The position numbers and the translations under genes are program-made. Positions 30,948 to 51,261 of a DNA stretch of 64,000 nucleotides are shown in pieces. Source of the DNA: the human T2T-CHM13v2.0 reference genome, Homo sapiens. Numbering within the stretch: the stretch's first letter is position 1; each line of letters starts with the position of its first letter. The stretch lies in the NCBI RefSeq assembly GCF_009914755.1, contig NC_060933.1. One strand, 5' to 3'. The notes under the pieces were generated by a model that saw nothing but the letters and a program-made list of their open reading frames with translations, had not been told where the DNA came from and searched no databases.

Positions 30948-31126
30948 GAGAGTAGTATTTTAATTTATAATTTTTATTCTTGTCTTTTGATTAGCTTTAA
31001 ATGTATGTTGTTAAAAATATGTAGATGGGCTTGATGTATGGATGGTTTTGAAGGACTAATCCTCTTCTGCTGTCTGTGAACTTTGTTAAAAATGCACCCT
31101 TACTCATTATTTAAAAATAAAAATCA

Positions 31127-31732
<606 letters not shown>

Positions 31733-31984
31733 TTAAAAAGTACTGAACTGAAAATTTATCATGCTATATATTTATATGCAATTTATGTATGCATAGTGTT
31801 CATCTATAAAGAAAAAATAAAGCCTGGACATAAAGAAAAAATAAAGCCTAGAGATTGGACAGATTAGTAAGTCTCTCTCTGTCTGATTTCTTATATGCAA
31901 AATAAAGTGGTTGCTGTAGATTATTTCCAGGATTCCATCTGCATTTTTTCTTTACCGCATTTTTGGCACATTTATTTTTATGGA

Positions 31985-32530
31985 CAAAGCCCAAGGTCAT
32001 CTAGATTTTCTCCTATATTCTAGGAGTTTTATAGTTTTGTATTTTATATTTAGATCTGTGATAAATTTTCAGTTAATTTTTGTGAAAGGTATAGTCAGTG
32101 TCTAGATTCTTTTTTTTTTTTGTTTTGCATATGGATGTTCAGTTGATCCAGCACCTTTTGTTAAAAAGACTATTCTTTCTCCATTGAACTGCCTTTGCTC
32201 CTTTGTCAAAGATCAGTTGACTGTATCTGCGTGAGTCTATTTCTAGACTTTCTCTTCTGTTCTATTGACCTATTTGTATACTCTTTCACTAATACCATAC
32301 TGTCTTGATTACTGTAGCTTTATAGTAAGTCTCTAAATCAGGTCATTTAAGTTCTTAAACTTTATTTTTCTTGAAGTTTATTCTGGCTCTCCTGAGTTTT
32401 TGCCTTTGCGTATAAACTTGATAATCATTTTGTTGATATCCAGAAAGTAACTTGCTGGAATTTTGATTGGATTGCATTGAATGTACTGATCAAAGTTGGG
32501 AAGAACTGACATCTTAACCATAGTGAGTCT
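31985..32530 (-). mobile_element. Old L1M ORF2 fragment
   Basis: CCAGCACCTTTTGTTAAAAAGAC..TTGATTACTGTAGCTTTATAGTAAG..GGATTGCATTGAAT reverse L1 signature. Confidence 0.8.
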
Positions 32531-33536
32531 TCCATAGCTATTTGTTTAAACAATTCCACATCTAATCCACGATTAAGCATTGCATCTATCTGTTATGTCT
32601 CTTTAGTCTCCTTAATCTGGTCATTCTTCTCTGTCTCTTACGACATAGACATATTTGAAGACCACTTGTATTATAGATTGTTCTTCAATCTCTTTTTTTT
32701 CTGATAGTTTCCTCTTGATGACATTCCTGTGCAATTTTGGCAGGAAAACTATGAAAGTGATGTTTTGTTCTTACCAGTACATCTAATTAGGAAGCAAATT
32801 ATGTCAATTTGTACCATTCTGTCTTTTTTTCCTAACTACTTATTGAACAAATCTTTAACCAGTCTTCCTATTTTGAGCCCCAGGTTCACCTCCCATAAAG
32901 GTACTTGGTGCTGCTGACTCATAATACCCGTCTCGTATTCTGCTATGTAAATGAACTTACTTCTGGGTTTTCCTCATTTGCTGGCTTAGGTTTCAGTTTT
33001 CCTGGCTCTACCAGGTCACTTTCATTTGTCCATGTGCTATCTAGTGCATCCATCTGATTTCCAGCTTCCCAAATCTGATTGCTCTTATCTTCCCTGTTCC
33101 CTTTATCCTTGTAGAATCTTGCCCTTCTAAAAGTAACGTCATTAGCAAAACTAGATGACTACGTAAAGTCAGGATAGTGCTTACTTACCTCTTGGGGGTA
33201 GGGAATAGCCTGGGAAAGGATATGAGGGAACCTTATAGGTTCTGTAAAATTCCTGTAGTATGATCTCAGTGGTAGTTACCTGAACAACCACATGTATAAA
33301 AGAAATATTGAGCTGTATACTTAAGAATAGGGCATTTTATGCATTCAAATGTATGCATGTTATATCTCAAAAATATCACTGACATTTTAGTGAAGTTTTG
33401 AGAGATGGCAGAGGTGAACGCATGGATTCAATTTACTGCCTTTAAGTACTAGATAGTGTTGAAAAAATAAAAAGCATTGAACAGTTAACATGACTCAAAT
33501 TTGTCTAGGGTTATACTAGTACATTTCTACTACTTA

Positions 33537-33993
<457 letters not shown>

Positions 33994-34069
33994 TCACACA
34001 AAATTAAATAATACACATTTGAAGAAAATGGCTATTTGCAAACAAAATATTTGTTTTTCTGCTTTACAG

Positions 34070-34158
34070 GTATTAGAAAAGTTCTACAGAGACACAGATT
34101 ATCAGGAAATTGCCACATGGTTACATTTCAACTTGAATTTCAGATTCTGGAAATTCAG
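34070..34158 (+). CDS. CENPP: CENPP exon 3
   Basis: TTACAG/GTAAA flanked, 89 nt, (S)IRKVLQRHRLSGNCHMVTFQLEFQILEIQ. Confidence 0.95.
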
Positions 34159-34491
34159 GTAAATTAAGAAGCATGTTGTGATAACAGAGATACTTCTGCT
34201 ATGAGATAAACAATTCCCACACCCCAGCCTTCAACAGTGATGGAGCTGAAGAGGAGTTCATGAGCCAGGGCCCCCCCATTCATAGCACATTTGTGCAAAG
34301 TGGTACATTTTCAAAATTTCAGGTATTAATAGCCCAGCAACTGCATATGGTAGGGTTGTTGTGAAAGCCAAAGGTGCTTTATTGAAGGACAGGTAGCAAG
34401 ATGCTCCTGGGCTTCCAGTGCAATTCCATGAGGTTGTGGGAATAGTCCTGGGTGTCATCAGTAGTTAGGTGATATGCCAGCCATCTAATAT

Positions 34492-35360
34492 CTATTAGTT
34501 ATCTATTGCTGCTTAACCAGTCTCCATAATATTTAGCATCTTAAAACAACCCAAAATAGGCCAAACATGGTGGCTCACACCTGTAGTCTCAGCATTTTGC
34601 GGGGCCAAGGCAGGAGGATTGCTTGAGCCCAGGAGTTTGAGACCAGCGTGGGCAATGTAGTGAGACCCTGTCTCTACAAAAAAATAAAAAATTAGCCAGG
34701 CGTGGTGGTGCGCACCTGTGCTCCCAGCTACTCCGGAGGCTGAGGTAGAAGGATTGCTTGAGCCTAGGAGGTCAAGGCTACCGTGAGCTGTGATTGTGCC
34801 ACTGTACTCGAGCCTGGGTAGCAGAGTGAGACTCTGTCACACACAAAAAAAAAACCACCAAAAATACAATTATCCCTCAGTATCTGTGAGGGATTGGTTC
34901 CAGGACTCCCTGTAGTACCAAAATCCACGGATGCTCAAGTCCCTTCTATAAAATCGTGTAGTGTTTACCTATAATGTACACACATCCTCGTTTATACTTT
35001 AAATCATTTCTAGATTACTTCCAATACCCAATACAATGTAAACGCTATGAAATAGTTACTATAGTATATTGTTTAGGGAATCATTATGAGAAAAACAACT
35101 TGTACGTGTTCAGTACAGATCCAACCATCTGCATCTGTAGATTTTTTTTTTTCAAATATTTTTGGTCTGCAGTTGGTCAATCTATGGATGTGGAACCACA
35201 GATAGGGAGGGCTGACTATATTTATTAATTATCTCACCTATTTTGTGTGGGTCAGGAATTTTGGAGCCACTCAGTTGGGTGTCCTTGCTCAGGGCCTCTC
35301 ATGAGGTTGTGGTCATCTGGGACCACAGCCATTTGAATGCTCCTTGGGGCTGGATGATCT
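34492..35360. mobile_element. MLT1-type LTR interrupted by AluJ (34559-34855) and MER2 (~34865-35219)
   Basis: TATTAGTTATCTATTGCTGC..TTAAAACAAC resumes after the inserts as GGGTCAGGAATT..GGGCCTCTCATGAGG; MER2 ATCCCTCAGTATC..GGATTGGTTCCAGGAC. Confidence 0.7.
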
Positions 35361-36186
35361 TGTACCTCGTATTGAACTGCTGAGACACAACAGAGGGAGG
35401 AAGACCCCTTTGGCTAAGACCTTCACATAATATCAGGAAGCAGGAAAGCGAAAGCAGACAGAATGATAACAAGTAACCCCACTGGCCAGGGTGCAGCAGA
35501 ACAGGGCTCAGCCACCTTCAAAGGCTGACTCCAAGAAAAGTTGAAAGCCAGAGAAAGCAGTTGAAAGAGGAGAAAGCAGTTTCAACCAGTTGGTTTTGCC
35601 AGTTGGGCCAACAGGGAATGTGTGCAAAGAGGAGGAACAGAACAGGGAAGGGCTGTCAGGCTGCATTGGCCTCAGCTCATCAGATATCTAAAGTGGTGTA
35701 GAGTAGTTGTTGTAACTGAGTCCTATGGACAAGCTGCCTGCTTATATTCAGGGTCATGTGCCAGGATTCCTTATCCTTTTCATCAGTGTCCTTAGCCACA
35801 AAAACAGTCCCAAGTTTCCCATTTTGTATGAGACAGGACTTGGTTATGGAGTCAGGACTTTTCCTTATTCTTTGTCAGATAGCCACTCCCTAACTAGTCC
35901 CAAGGATTTGGTACAGTTACCTGGGTTTGGAAGTTTTGCTTCTCTTTGCAATCCAAGTCTCCATTTGCTATTACTGGCTCTGGCAGGCTGAGGATGGGCT
36001 AGGGGTTGTCTAGACCCCCTCATTTGATGGCAAAGCTCCCAGCCTGTACTCGTCTTAGAGTATCACTCTCACACTGCCAAAGTGACCAAGAAAAGGTGTA
36101 GTATAGCATTGCCTAGGCCATTTGAGCAGGATACAAAACACATTTCAGCATGTTCAATGTGTCAGGGGCATGGGTGGTAAGTGGCT

Positions 36187-38195
<2,009 letters not shown>

Positions 38196-40192
38196 GGTTT
38201 GGCCTGCTGGGCCTGGGCAGCCGCCCCAGGGCAGCACAGACAGGACAGAAGCCAGACAGTGGATGTCCTGCCACTTAGGTCCTGCAACCCCTGCTGCTGT
38301 GGCCACACTCTGCCTCCTAACAGACAGTGTTGGCACTGACCCAGACCTCAACAGTATTTTAAGCCAATATTCTCATCCTCATGTCATGAAAGCATGATTG
38401 AAAATTTTGTGACCATTTGATAATGGCCTGAGATTATACTGTTAGCTCACATGCTGAATGAATTAGAGTCAGTTGAGCTGTGCCAGACAGAAAACTTAAA
38501 AATAAAGGTACTAGAAGTGTATTTCTCTATTACTTAAGTAAACTTGTAAGTTTTCAAGGGCTAATATGGTGGTTTTATGATAATCAGGTTCTACCATCAG
38601 CCAACATGGCTTCAAGTCATGGCACAATGATCACATTAGCATTTCAGGTATCAGGAAGAAGTTGGGCAAAGAAAGCCTCGCCTGTTCTTTTAAAGGACAC
38701 TTTCTGGAAGTTGTACATTCATCATTTTCACTTATATTCTATTGGCCAACAAGTTCATGCAAAGGATGCTGGGAATTTAGTCTTTGTTATGCTTGGCCAT
38801 ATGGCCAGTGAAAAACTGGGGCAAGAAAAAAGTATAAATAGAGGGGACTACTAGCAGTTTCTGTCCTATATGCTTTAGCGGATGCAGGGGGAAAAAAATC
38901 TAAGGAGAGGAACTGTAGATATCTTCTTTGAAGGACATAGAACCTAGTAATTGCTGAGTCTCTAAAGAGACATGAGTTGTCATTGTTTAAGTTTTAAAGT
39001 ATGTATGTGTTTTGGGACTGATTGGTTTTACTAACAAAGTGCTACAGAAAGAGTGTGTTCTCCCTGGCTGTGTTAAGAACTCTCACTTTCTCTCTGAGCC
39101 TTTTAGATTTTATGATTCTTCTTGAAGACCAGGACTGGTAAACAAGGTGTTGGAAGAAATTACAGAGAGCTGTGGAATCAACAGGGTTTTTGGAATCAGT
39201 TGTGTGAGAGGCACCAAGAGTTCTTACTTGGGGAGGGAAAAACAAAGGACTATCTCGTTTCTCTTTATTGCTTACAATTCTGATATAATAACTTGATGAA
39301 AAGTTTTTGAAATGTTTATTACTTAATGGTAAATTCTAGCATATTCTATACCAACTTGTGTATGTATGCCTTTAGAAACATATCTAGTAGAATTGCTGGG
39401 TCAAAGGAAACTTACAAATTCTGATTGATAGTGGCAAATTGCCTTCTAAAATAGTTTTACCATTTTACATACTGAGCACATTTTTACATTTTTACTGTGA
39501 AGACTGATAGAAAAAGAAATGACACAGCAACCTTGTGTGTTCTAAAACATTTTTTAAAAATAAAATTTCCACTAGAGGGAGAGGTTTAGCTATCTGAAAA
39601 TTAAAAAGTAATCTAAATAGTAAAACCCTCAATTTACAGAATATTGTTGTAATAAAGTTATATTAATATAATATTTGAACTAAACATGACCTCAAATCAT
39701 GTTAATAGAATGTTAGAACAAAGTGATGACTTATAGTTTGTCTAGGTCAACCCTATTATTTTATAAGTAAATGGATCCAGAGAGTTTGAATGATTACTCA
39801 TGTTGGTGCAGCTATTGTTGTCCAAGGTGGTTGGGACATAGAGCTCTGTTGGCCAGATTTACTTTCTGGTGTTCTTAGTACTACATTTGTGAAGAGTTGT
39901 AAGGCCATCAGAATTAACGTTTATCAGCCTTCCATAATCCAAGCAATATAGTCAATTAGATTGGTAGGAGTTTGTGGGGAAAGTGGCAGGTTAAGTATGT
40001 TTCCATAACTTCTGTCCCAATGAAATGAACAAAATTATTCAAAAAATAAGCAATTTTTTTAAATGGAAGAGAATACAATTCCATTATCACAGGCTCCAAA
40101 GAAAATCTGTTTGATATTAATGACATTTGAGTCTAAACACTGAAATCCAATACAGGGTGCTTCATGAGAGATTTGTAAGTTTTACAAAGTTA

Positions 40193-40515
40193 AGCTGGCC
40201 ACATTGGCTCACGCCTATAATCTCAGCACTGAGGGAAGCCAAGGCAGGAGGATAGCTTGAGCCCAGGAATTAAAGGCCAGCCTGGGCAACATAGCGAGAC
40301 CCTGTCTCTAAAAAATATATATTTTTTTAAATAAAAAAGAAATTAGCCAGGCTTGGTTACTTACATATATAGTCCTAGCCACTTGGGAGGCTGAGACAGG
40401 AGGATTGCTTGAGCCCACAAATTCAAGGTCACAAAGAACTGTGATTGAACGACTGCATTCCAGCCTGGGCAATAGAGCAAAACCCTGTCTCAAAAAAAAA
40501 AAAAAAAAAAAAAAA
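40193..40515 (+). mobile_element. AluJ
   Basis: Alu dimer. Confidence 0.85.
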
Positions 40516-40989
40516 GGACCAACTTAATGGCACCCTTTTCCTAAAGATCTCTACCCATAATCCTTCAGTTGTAGAGGAGAATGAGAACTGTGGGCTTAAG
40601 TGGACCATAGTAGAAAGGAATGTGGTACTGAGACACATGTAGGGGCTTTGAGGTCAGATTGTTTATAAGGTCTCTTCCCTTATTTACCAACTGGGGAGAA
40701 TTGACCTAGTTAGCAGTACCACAAGCAGGGGAGAGATGGAAAGATGGAAAAACAATATTTTGAAGTCAGCTTTTGAGTTGTTAAACAGGATTCTATAACC
40801 CAACAAAAAATTTGTTTTTGCCTATCCTAATGGGTGAAAAGCTGAAATCTAACATGTATCTACACATACTTGACCAAGAGACCAGATGTGCTCCTGAGAT
40901 TTTTGCTTTCCTTTTCCTTTCTTTGCTTTTTTTTCTGGTAACAGTTCTATTGAGATATAATTCACATACCATATAACTTACCAGTTTAA

Positions 40990-41376
<387 letters not shown>

Positions 41377-41415
41377 AGTCTTTGCTCATCTTATAGGTAA
41401 AAATGGCATCTTATC

Positions 41416-42055
<640 letters not shown>

Positions 42056-42227
42056 TTAATTTACAATTATTATTAGTGAGATTGAACTTTTTTTGTTTTT
42101 GTTTTGTTTCTGTCATGATTACTCTTTCCTTTTATTTGGTGGCATTTCATTTTGCATATTTCAAAAGTATTTTTGTCTTTTTGAAGTTTACTGTGCTTTG
42201 ATACAGAAATTTTTATCTTTATTTTAG

Positions 42228-42316
42228 AATAAGGAGAGATTATCTTCTGCTGTTACTGACCTCAACATAATAATGGAGCCCACAGAATGCTCAGAATTAA
42301 GTGAATTTGTGTCTAG
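42228..42316 (+). CDS. CENPP: CENPP exon 4 (gene continues beyond right edge)
   Basis: TTTTAG/GTAAG flanked, 89 nt, NKERLSSAVTDLNIIMEPTECSELSEFVS(R). Confidence 0.95.
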
Positions 42317-42484
42317 GTAAGCTATTTTACAAACTTACTTTTTTAGAGAAAAAAAGTAAATTTACACTTTACAGTTTTAAGTTTACCTTTTCCTCTTCTT
42401 AGTAAGTAAATAGGTCTTCTCTGAAAGTATAACACCACTGTTGTGCTTATATTTGAGCCCATATTCTCTATATCTATCATTCTT

Positions 42485-43790
42485 TCATTTAGTTTATATT
42501 TATTGCACATTCACTATGTGCTGGGTATTAAAATTAAAATGTGAGCAAAAAAAGACACAATCCTCAGTCCTCATGGAATTGACAGTCTAGTGGAGAAGTT
42601 AGATATTGATCAAATAATGGCAGAAGTAAATATAAAATTATGGCTATGTTAAATGCTACAAAGGAGAGTTACATAATGCTGTTGAAGTATATATCAGGAA
42701 TTTTTGTTTTTTATTATTTTTGTATTTTTTTTTAAATTAGAGATGGGGTCTCACTATATTGCCCAGGCTGTTCTCAAACTCCTAGGCTCAAGCAGTCCTC
42801 CTGCCTTAGCCTCCCAAAGTGTTTATCAGGAATTTGACTAGCAGAGAGAACATGAAATCATTTGCTGAAGCTTGAACTGACATCTGAAAAATGAGTAGGT
42901 GTGAACTAACAAAGAGGGAATAACTTTGCTGAGCACTGTGCCAGCAGGGAGCATGGTGTCTGTGAGCAATTGACACAGGGCCACAGTGACAGGTGGAGGC
43001 AAGAGCCTAGGAGAATGGTGTAAGATGAGGTTAGGAAATTAGGTAAGGTCCATACTACTGGGAATTGGGTATAAAGAGTGTTATCACAGTCCCAGGACCA
43101 AGTGAAACTATTGAAAAGTTTTGAGCAGGGCCTGAGGAAAGCAAAAGTGTGGCATCCTAGAAAGAATTATTCTGGATACTATGGGGAAATGGAATGAAGG
43201 GGTGCAATCATTGATACAAGTGAGTCAATGACTAGTCTTTTAAAACAGTTCAGGCAAGAGAAGTTTGTAGTTTGGACTGAAATGATGATACTTAGCTAGA
43301 TGGATTTGGGGGATAATTAGGAAGCAAAAATGAGTGGGCATGGGATTGCTTGAGTAAAAGGGATTAGAGGTCATTCACAGGGGATAACTCTTTGATTATG
43401 GTGGTCCCGTCTGCTGTTAAGGGAAGGTTGGAAGAGGACCATTGTCAGGTGACATTATGACTTTATTTTGGACATATGGGACTTGAGTGCCTTTGAAAAC
43501 ACTGAAATAAAAATGAGAAAGAGGCAGCACAGTAGAGGTGGGGGTGGGAGATATAGAACACTGGAATTATCTTCTATTGGGTAGGAATTAAAGCCTTGAG
43601 CAGGAATGAGTTTGCCTATGAAGGAATATAGAGTAGAACTAGAAAAGGCCCTAGAACTGAGCCTTGAGGAATTCTAAAATATACTGGCTGAATAGAAGGG
43701 AAGGATCCTGCAAAGGAATTAGAAAAGGAACTGTTTGAGAGGTAGGGAGAATACCAAGAATGTGTTGTGTCATGGCAGAGATCACATATT
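42485..43790 (-). mobile_element. L2 remnant with embedded Alu monomer fragment (42704-42822)
   Basis: TATTTATTGCACATTCACTATGTGCTGGG..CCTCATGGAATTGACAGTCTAGTGG..CTGAGCCTTGAGGAA; Alu TSD TATCAGGAATTT. Confidence 0.7.
42757..42911 (+). repeat. 155-bp duplicated segment, donor copy
   Basis: 6 mismatches by eye to 47380-47534. Confidence 0.9.
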
Positions 43791-44259
43791 TCCTTTTGTT
43801 CAGACCATAGTTTGGAAGTAGCATCTGCTATTTGGAAATTACAAAAGGAAGAGTAGTGAGATATCTCTCTTCCTGTAATAATGAGCATATTATAGTTACT
43901 TAATAAATATTTAATCCCAGCTTTTTGGGCAATTTTTTAGACTGGGTTCCCATTTTGTGGAGAGTGACTGGTATTTTAGAAAGGGTGCTGAACATAGGTC
44001 AGAAGACCTGGATTTTATTCCAGATTCAACTACGTGTAAGTTACCTCTCCTTTTGGAGTTTCTTTCTTCTTTATCTCTGCTGTTATGCAATTTAAATGTT
44101 ATATGCCTAATTATGAATTTATTTTTAGTTTTTCATTATAGATCTGTAGTTTTTCAGACAGGATTGGTATCTTTAGGTTTTGAAAAATTTTTAGTCATTA
44201 TTTTATTGACTCTTGCTTCTACCTTGATCTTCCCTTATCACAGTCTACTTTCACTTTAA

Positions 44260-46570
<2,311 letters not shown>

Positions 46571-47379
46571 TGTTAATATTTTTGTGAATTAATTTCTGAT
46601 GGTCACCTAATTTTAGATGTAATAGTCCCAGGAATTTATTGTTAGAATAAAATTTTGGAATCTTTATCCTAAATTTCTCTTTGTGTTCGCTTTATACTTG
46701 AGAAGGAGACATTTGGAGTTATTTTTGTTTCCTGACTACTTTAGCTGAAATTGAAATGGGTTACTGCCAACATTTTATGAAAGAAATCCATGACATCTGT
46801 TTTACGTTTAGTGAAGTTTGGACTTTGCTTAGGAAAAATAGATAAATTACAGTCATTCTTACAGCTGTGAGAGCCAACACCCACACCCACACACAAAATT
46901 TCTTTCTATATGGAAAACTCTTATGTGCTGTAGTACAGTATCCTTTATGAAGATGCAAATGGAAGAATAAAGGAATTGTGAATTTTTTAAAGTTCATTGT
47001 AAAAGAACAGTCTTTTCTTCTGTGTGTATGTGTTTAAACTTGAGTCATCATAGCTTTTAAGATTATTTTCATGGCTTACTCCCTCATCACATGATTAAGA
47101 GTTTATTTTTTTGCTCACTTGTTTGATGGAGAACGAAATATCGTGTCACTGTGGCCTTTAAGCGTGAATGAACTAATTTCTCCTCTTTGTAGGCCCATAC
47201 TTTTTGGAAAACAATTTTTTTCAGATGTTTAAATAATTTTTAAAATAGTTATTAGACTGACTTTTAACACATAATCTCCAGTGTTCCCTATAAACTACAT
47301 GCTTATGCAGCTTTGTGTTAATTCAGCTATTATTTTATGTTCTTTGTTTTCAGTGAATCTACTTGGTTTTTTTGTTCAC

Positions 47380-47534
47380 TATTGCCCAGGCTGGTCTCAA
47401 ACTCCTAGGCTCAAGCAGTCCTCTTGCCTTAGCCTCCCAAAGTGTTTATCAGGAATTAGACTAGCACAGAGAACATGAAATCATTTCCTGAAGCTTGAGC
47501 TGACATCTGAAAAATGAGTAGGTGTGAACTAACA
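47380..47534 (+). repeat. 155-bp duplicated segment, derived copy
   Basis: Direct repeat of 42757-42911. Confidence 0.9.
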
Positions 47535-47589
47535 CCTACTAACACCCTTTCTTGCCTTCTTTTAGATTATTTAACTTGTTTTCCTATTT

Positions 47590-48530
47590 TTTTACTGTGG
47601 CAAAATACTTACAAAATCTACCAACTCAACCATGTTAAAGAGTACACTTCAATAATAGTAAATACATTCATTATGTTGTACAACCATCACCACTATCTGT
47701 CAACATAACTCTTTCCTCTTTTAAAACAGAAACTTTGGCCAGGTGTGGTGGCTCACGCCTATAATCCCAGCACTTTGGGAGGCTGAGGCGGGTGGATCAT
47801 GAGGTCAGGAGTTCAAATCCAGCATGGTGAAACCCTGTCTCTACTAAAAATACAAAAACTAGCTGGGCATGGTGGCACGTGACTGTAGTCCCAGCTACTT
47901 GGGAGGCTGAGGCAGGAGAATCGCTTGAACCTGGGAGGCGGAGGTTGTGGTGAGCCGAGAGCACCACTACACTCCAGCCTGGGTGACAGAGTGAGACTAT
48001 CTCAAAAAAAAAAAAAAAAAACCAGAAACTTTGTACCCATAAACAATAACTCCCACTTCCTCCCTCTCCTCATCCACCATTCTACTTTTTGTCTGTGTGA
48101 TTTTGATTAATACTATCTAAGTATTAATCTAAGTACCTCATATAAGTAGAATCATACAGTATTTGCCTTTTTTCTTTAGATGGAGTCTCGCTCTGTCGCC
48201 CAGGCAGGCGTGCAGTGGTGTGATCTCTGCTCACTGTAACCTCTACCTCACCAGGGATTCTCCTGCCTCAGCCTCCCAAGTAGCTGGGATTACAGGCACC
48301 CGCTACCATGCCCAGCTAATTTTTATATTTTTAGTAGAGAAGGGGTTTTGCCATATTGGCCAGGCTGGTCTTGAATTCCTGACCTCAGGTGATCTAGCCA
48401 TCTCGGCCTCCCAAAGTGCTGGGATTACAGGCGTGAGCCACTGTGCCTGGCCAGTATTTGCCTTTTTTGACTGGTTTATTTCGCTGAGTGTAATGTTGTC
48501 AAGGTTCATCCATGTGGCATAAGTCAGAAT
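47590..48530 (-). mobile_element. L1MB-like 3' fragment interrupted by Alus (47737-48020 +; 48168-48452 -)
   Basis: TGTTGTACAACCATCACCAC..GTACCTCATATAAGTAGAATCATACAGTATTTG..AGGTTCATCCATG. Confidence 0.75.
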
Positions 48531-48612
48531 TTCTTTTTCTTTTTCTTTTCCTTTTTTTTTTTTTTTTTTAAGCACCACACAAGCTTTATTTGCACCATCT
48601 ATATAAGATAGT

Positions 48613-48974
<362 letters not shown>

Positions 48975-48993
48975 TCAAGCCTGTTGCTTAAAG

Positions 48994-48995
<2 letters not shown>

Positions 48996-49070
<75 letters not shown>
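48996..49070. repeat. Compound (TG)n(TA)n microsatellite
   Basis: Directly visible. Confidence 0.95.
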
Positions 49071-49072
<2 letters not shown>

Positions 49073-49455
49073 ACGGGGAGTTTATTAAATATTAACTCAC
49101 ATGATCACAAGGTCCCGTAATAGGCCGTCTGCAGGCTGAGGAGCAAGGAGAGCCAGCCTGAGTTCCAAAACTGAAAAACTTGGAATTCAGTGTTCAAGGA
49201 CAGGAAGCATCCACCACAGGAGAAAAATGTAGGCTGGGAGGCTAGGCCAGTCTAACCTTTTCATGTGTTTCTGCCTGCTCTATATTCACTGGCAGCTGAT
49301 TAGATAGTGCCCATCCAGATTAAGGGTGAATCTGCCTTCTCCAGCCCACTGTCTCAAATGTTAATCTCCTTTGGCAATACCCTCACAGACGCACCCAGGA
49401 TTAATACTTTGTATCCTTCAATCCAATCTAGTTGACACTTAGTATTAACCATGAC
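49071..49455 (-). mobile_element. MLT2A (MLT2A2-like) LTR of HERV-L
   Basis: GGGGAGTTTATTAA..CTCACATGATCACAAGGTCCC..GCTGAGGAGCAAGGAGAGCCAG; contiguous with HERV-L internal sequence; truncated at the microsatellite. Confidence 0.85.
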
Positions 49456-51020
49456 AAGTCCACCCCTTGTCAACTTGAACCCATACACATCTCCTAAGAT
49501 CATACATAATCTTCAAATAAAGACAATAATAGTCATAATTGTGCCTAACATACAACTATCCTTCATAAAACCAGAAACTCACCAATCCCCAACCCAAATA
49601 CTATTACATAAAGTTGATAATACTTAAATGCTGATATGAAGTCAATAAATCATATGTCACATGATAAAGGAAAAAGGAAATAAAATGAAAGTACTTTCTT
49701 AGTGCAAGTGTATACATGCACAAACATATTTTTAACGAAAGAAGAAGGAAGTACTCATGACAATTACAGTCCCCGTTTCTGCAGCTGGTCATGTGGTCAT
49801 AGCTGGTACTGATGACTCCCTTCTTTTACTACCCATTATGTATTCCCTTTGCGTTCAGCAAGCACCTCAGGGGGTCGTGTTTTTTTCCTGATGGAGCGAC
49901 CCAAACCTTCATTCCTGAAGGATCTGGGCCATTTGTAGTCCTGTTTGGATTGGGCTGTCGTAGTTTCCCATTAACCTTACTTACAGGGCTTGGTAATACT
50001 AAGAGAAGCCGTAATGAATCTCTGCTATTCCATGCATATTCTTCCTTACCTCCATTGTGAAGTAGTAGAATGATTTCATCTTGATAGTCTGGGTCAGTCA
50101 TCCCAGCCAACACTGTAACTCCCTTCTTAGCCTGTTGACTTAAATGTAGGAGGAGCCCAAAGTGTCCAGGTGGCAATCTTAACTTCCAGTTTAATGAGAT
50201 CTTTGTTGTGTCTCCTGGAGGCAGCGTTCCTCCCTCTGGAACTAAGACCTCTAGGCCAGCAGAATGTAATGTCGCAGGAACAGGAAGCAAAAATTTTGCC
50301 AGTAGATCACTAGGGGTGTTGGTGAGTGGTGCCACTTCAACTTCCACCCCTTGATTCCTGGACCCATGAATCTTGGCTATGGAAGAAACAGTACCATATA
50401 TTGGATGCTGATTCAGAGCATACATGGCCTTCTGGAGAGATTTGCCCCAGCTTTGCAAAGTATTGTCACCTAGTTAGCATTGTAATTGTGACTTCAAAAG
50501 GCCATTCTACTGTTCTGTCAATCCAGCTGCTTCAGGATGATTGGGAACATGGTAAGACCAGTGAATTCCATGAGCATGAGCCCACTGCTGCACTTCTTTA
50601 GCCGTAAAGTGAGTGCCTTCATCAGAGGCAATGCTGTATGGCATACTGTGATGGTGGATAAGGCATTCTGTGAGTCCACGATGGTAGTCTTGGCAGAAGC
50701 ATTGCATGCAGTATAGGCAAACCCATATCCGGAGTAAGTGTCTATTCCAGTGAGGACAAACCTCTGCCCTTTCCATTATGGAATAGGCCCAATATAATCA
50801 ACCTGCCACCAGGTAGCTAGCTGATCACCCCAAGAAATGGTGCCATATCGGGGGTCAGTGTTGATCCCTGCTGCTGGCAAATTGGCCTTGTCAGACGTGG
50901 TGAGTGGAAGTCCTTGTTGCTGAGCCATGCGTAACCTCCATCCCTGCCACCATGGCCACTTTACTTTGTTCATGGGCCCATTGAGCAATGATAGGGGTGG
51001 CTGGGGAAAGAGGCTGAGTG
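49456..51020 (-). mobile_element. HERV-L internal fragment (integrase C-terminal part plus dUTPase)
   Basis: ORFs 49829..50458 (SAGLEV..LRLPPGHFGLL..GVTVLAGMTDPDYQDEI, dUTPase motifs), 50507..50776 (IASDEGTHFT..HWSYHVP), 50776..50988 (WQVDYIGP); frameshifted. Confidence 0.88.
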
Positions 51021-51071
51021 ATGGATTATCCTATCCCTTGATTATCCATCCTATCCACTTAAAAATGCTAA

Positions 51072-51227
<156 letters not shown>

Positions 51228-51261
51228 TAAAAGACCTGTGTTTCTTTAGAGCTCTGTCCCC

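Noticed and set aside
49297-49430. DUX4-like sites in the MLT2A LTR
   Set aside because: Both candidates (TGATTAGATAG, CAATCCAATCT) deviate from the TAATCTAATCA-type motif and the LTR is truncated.
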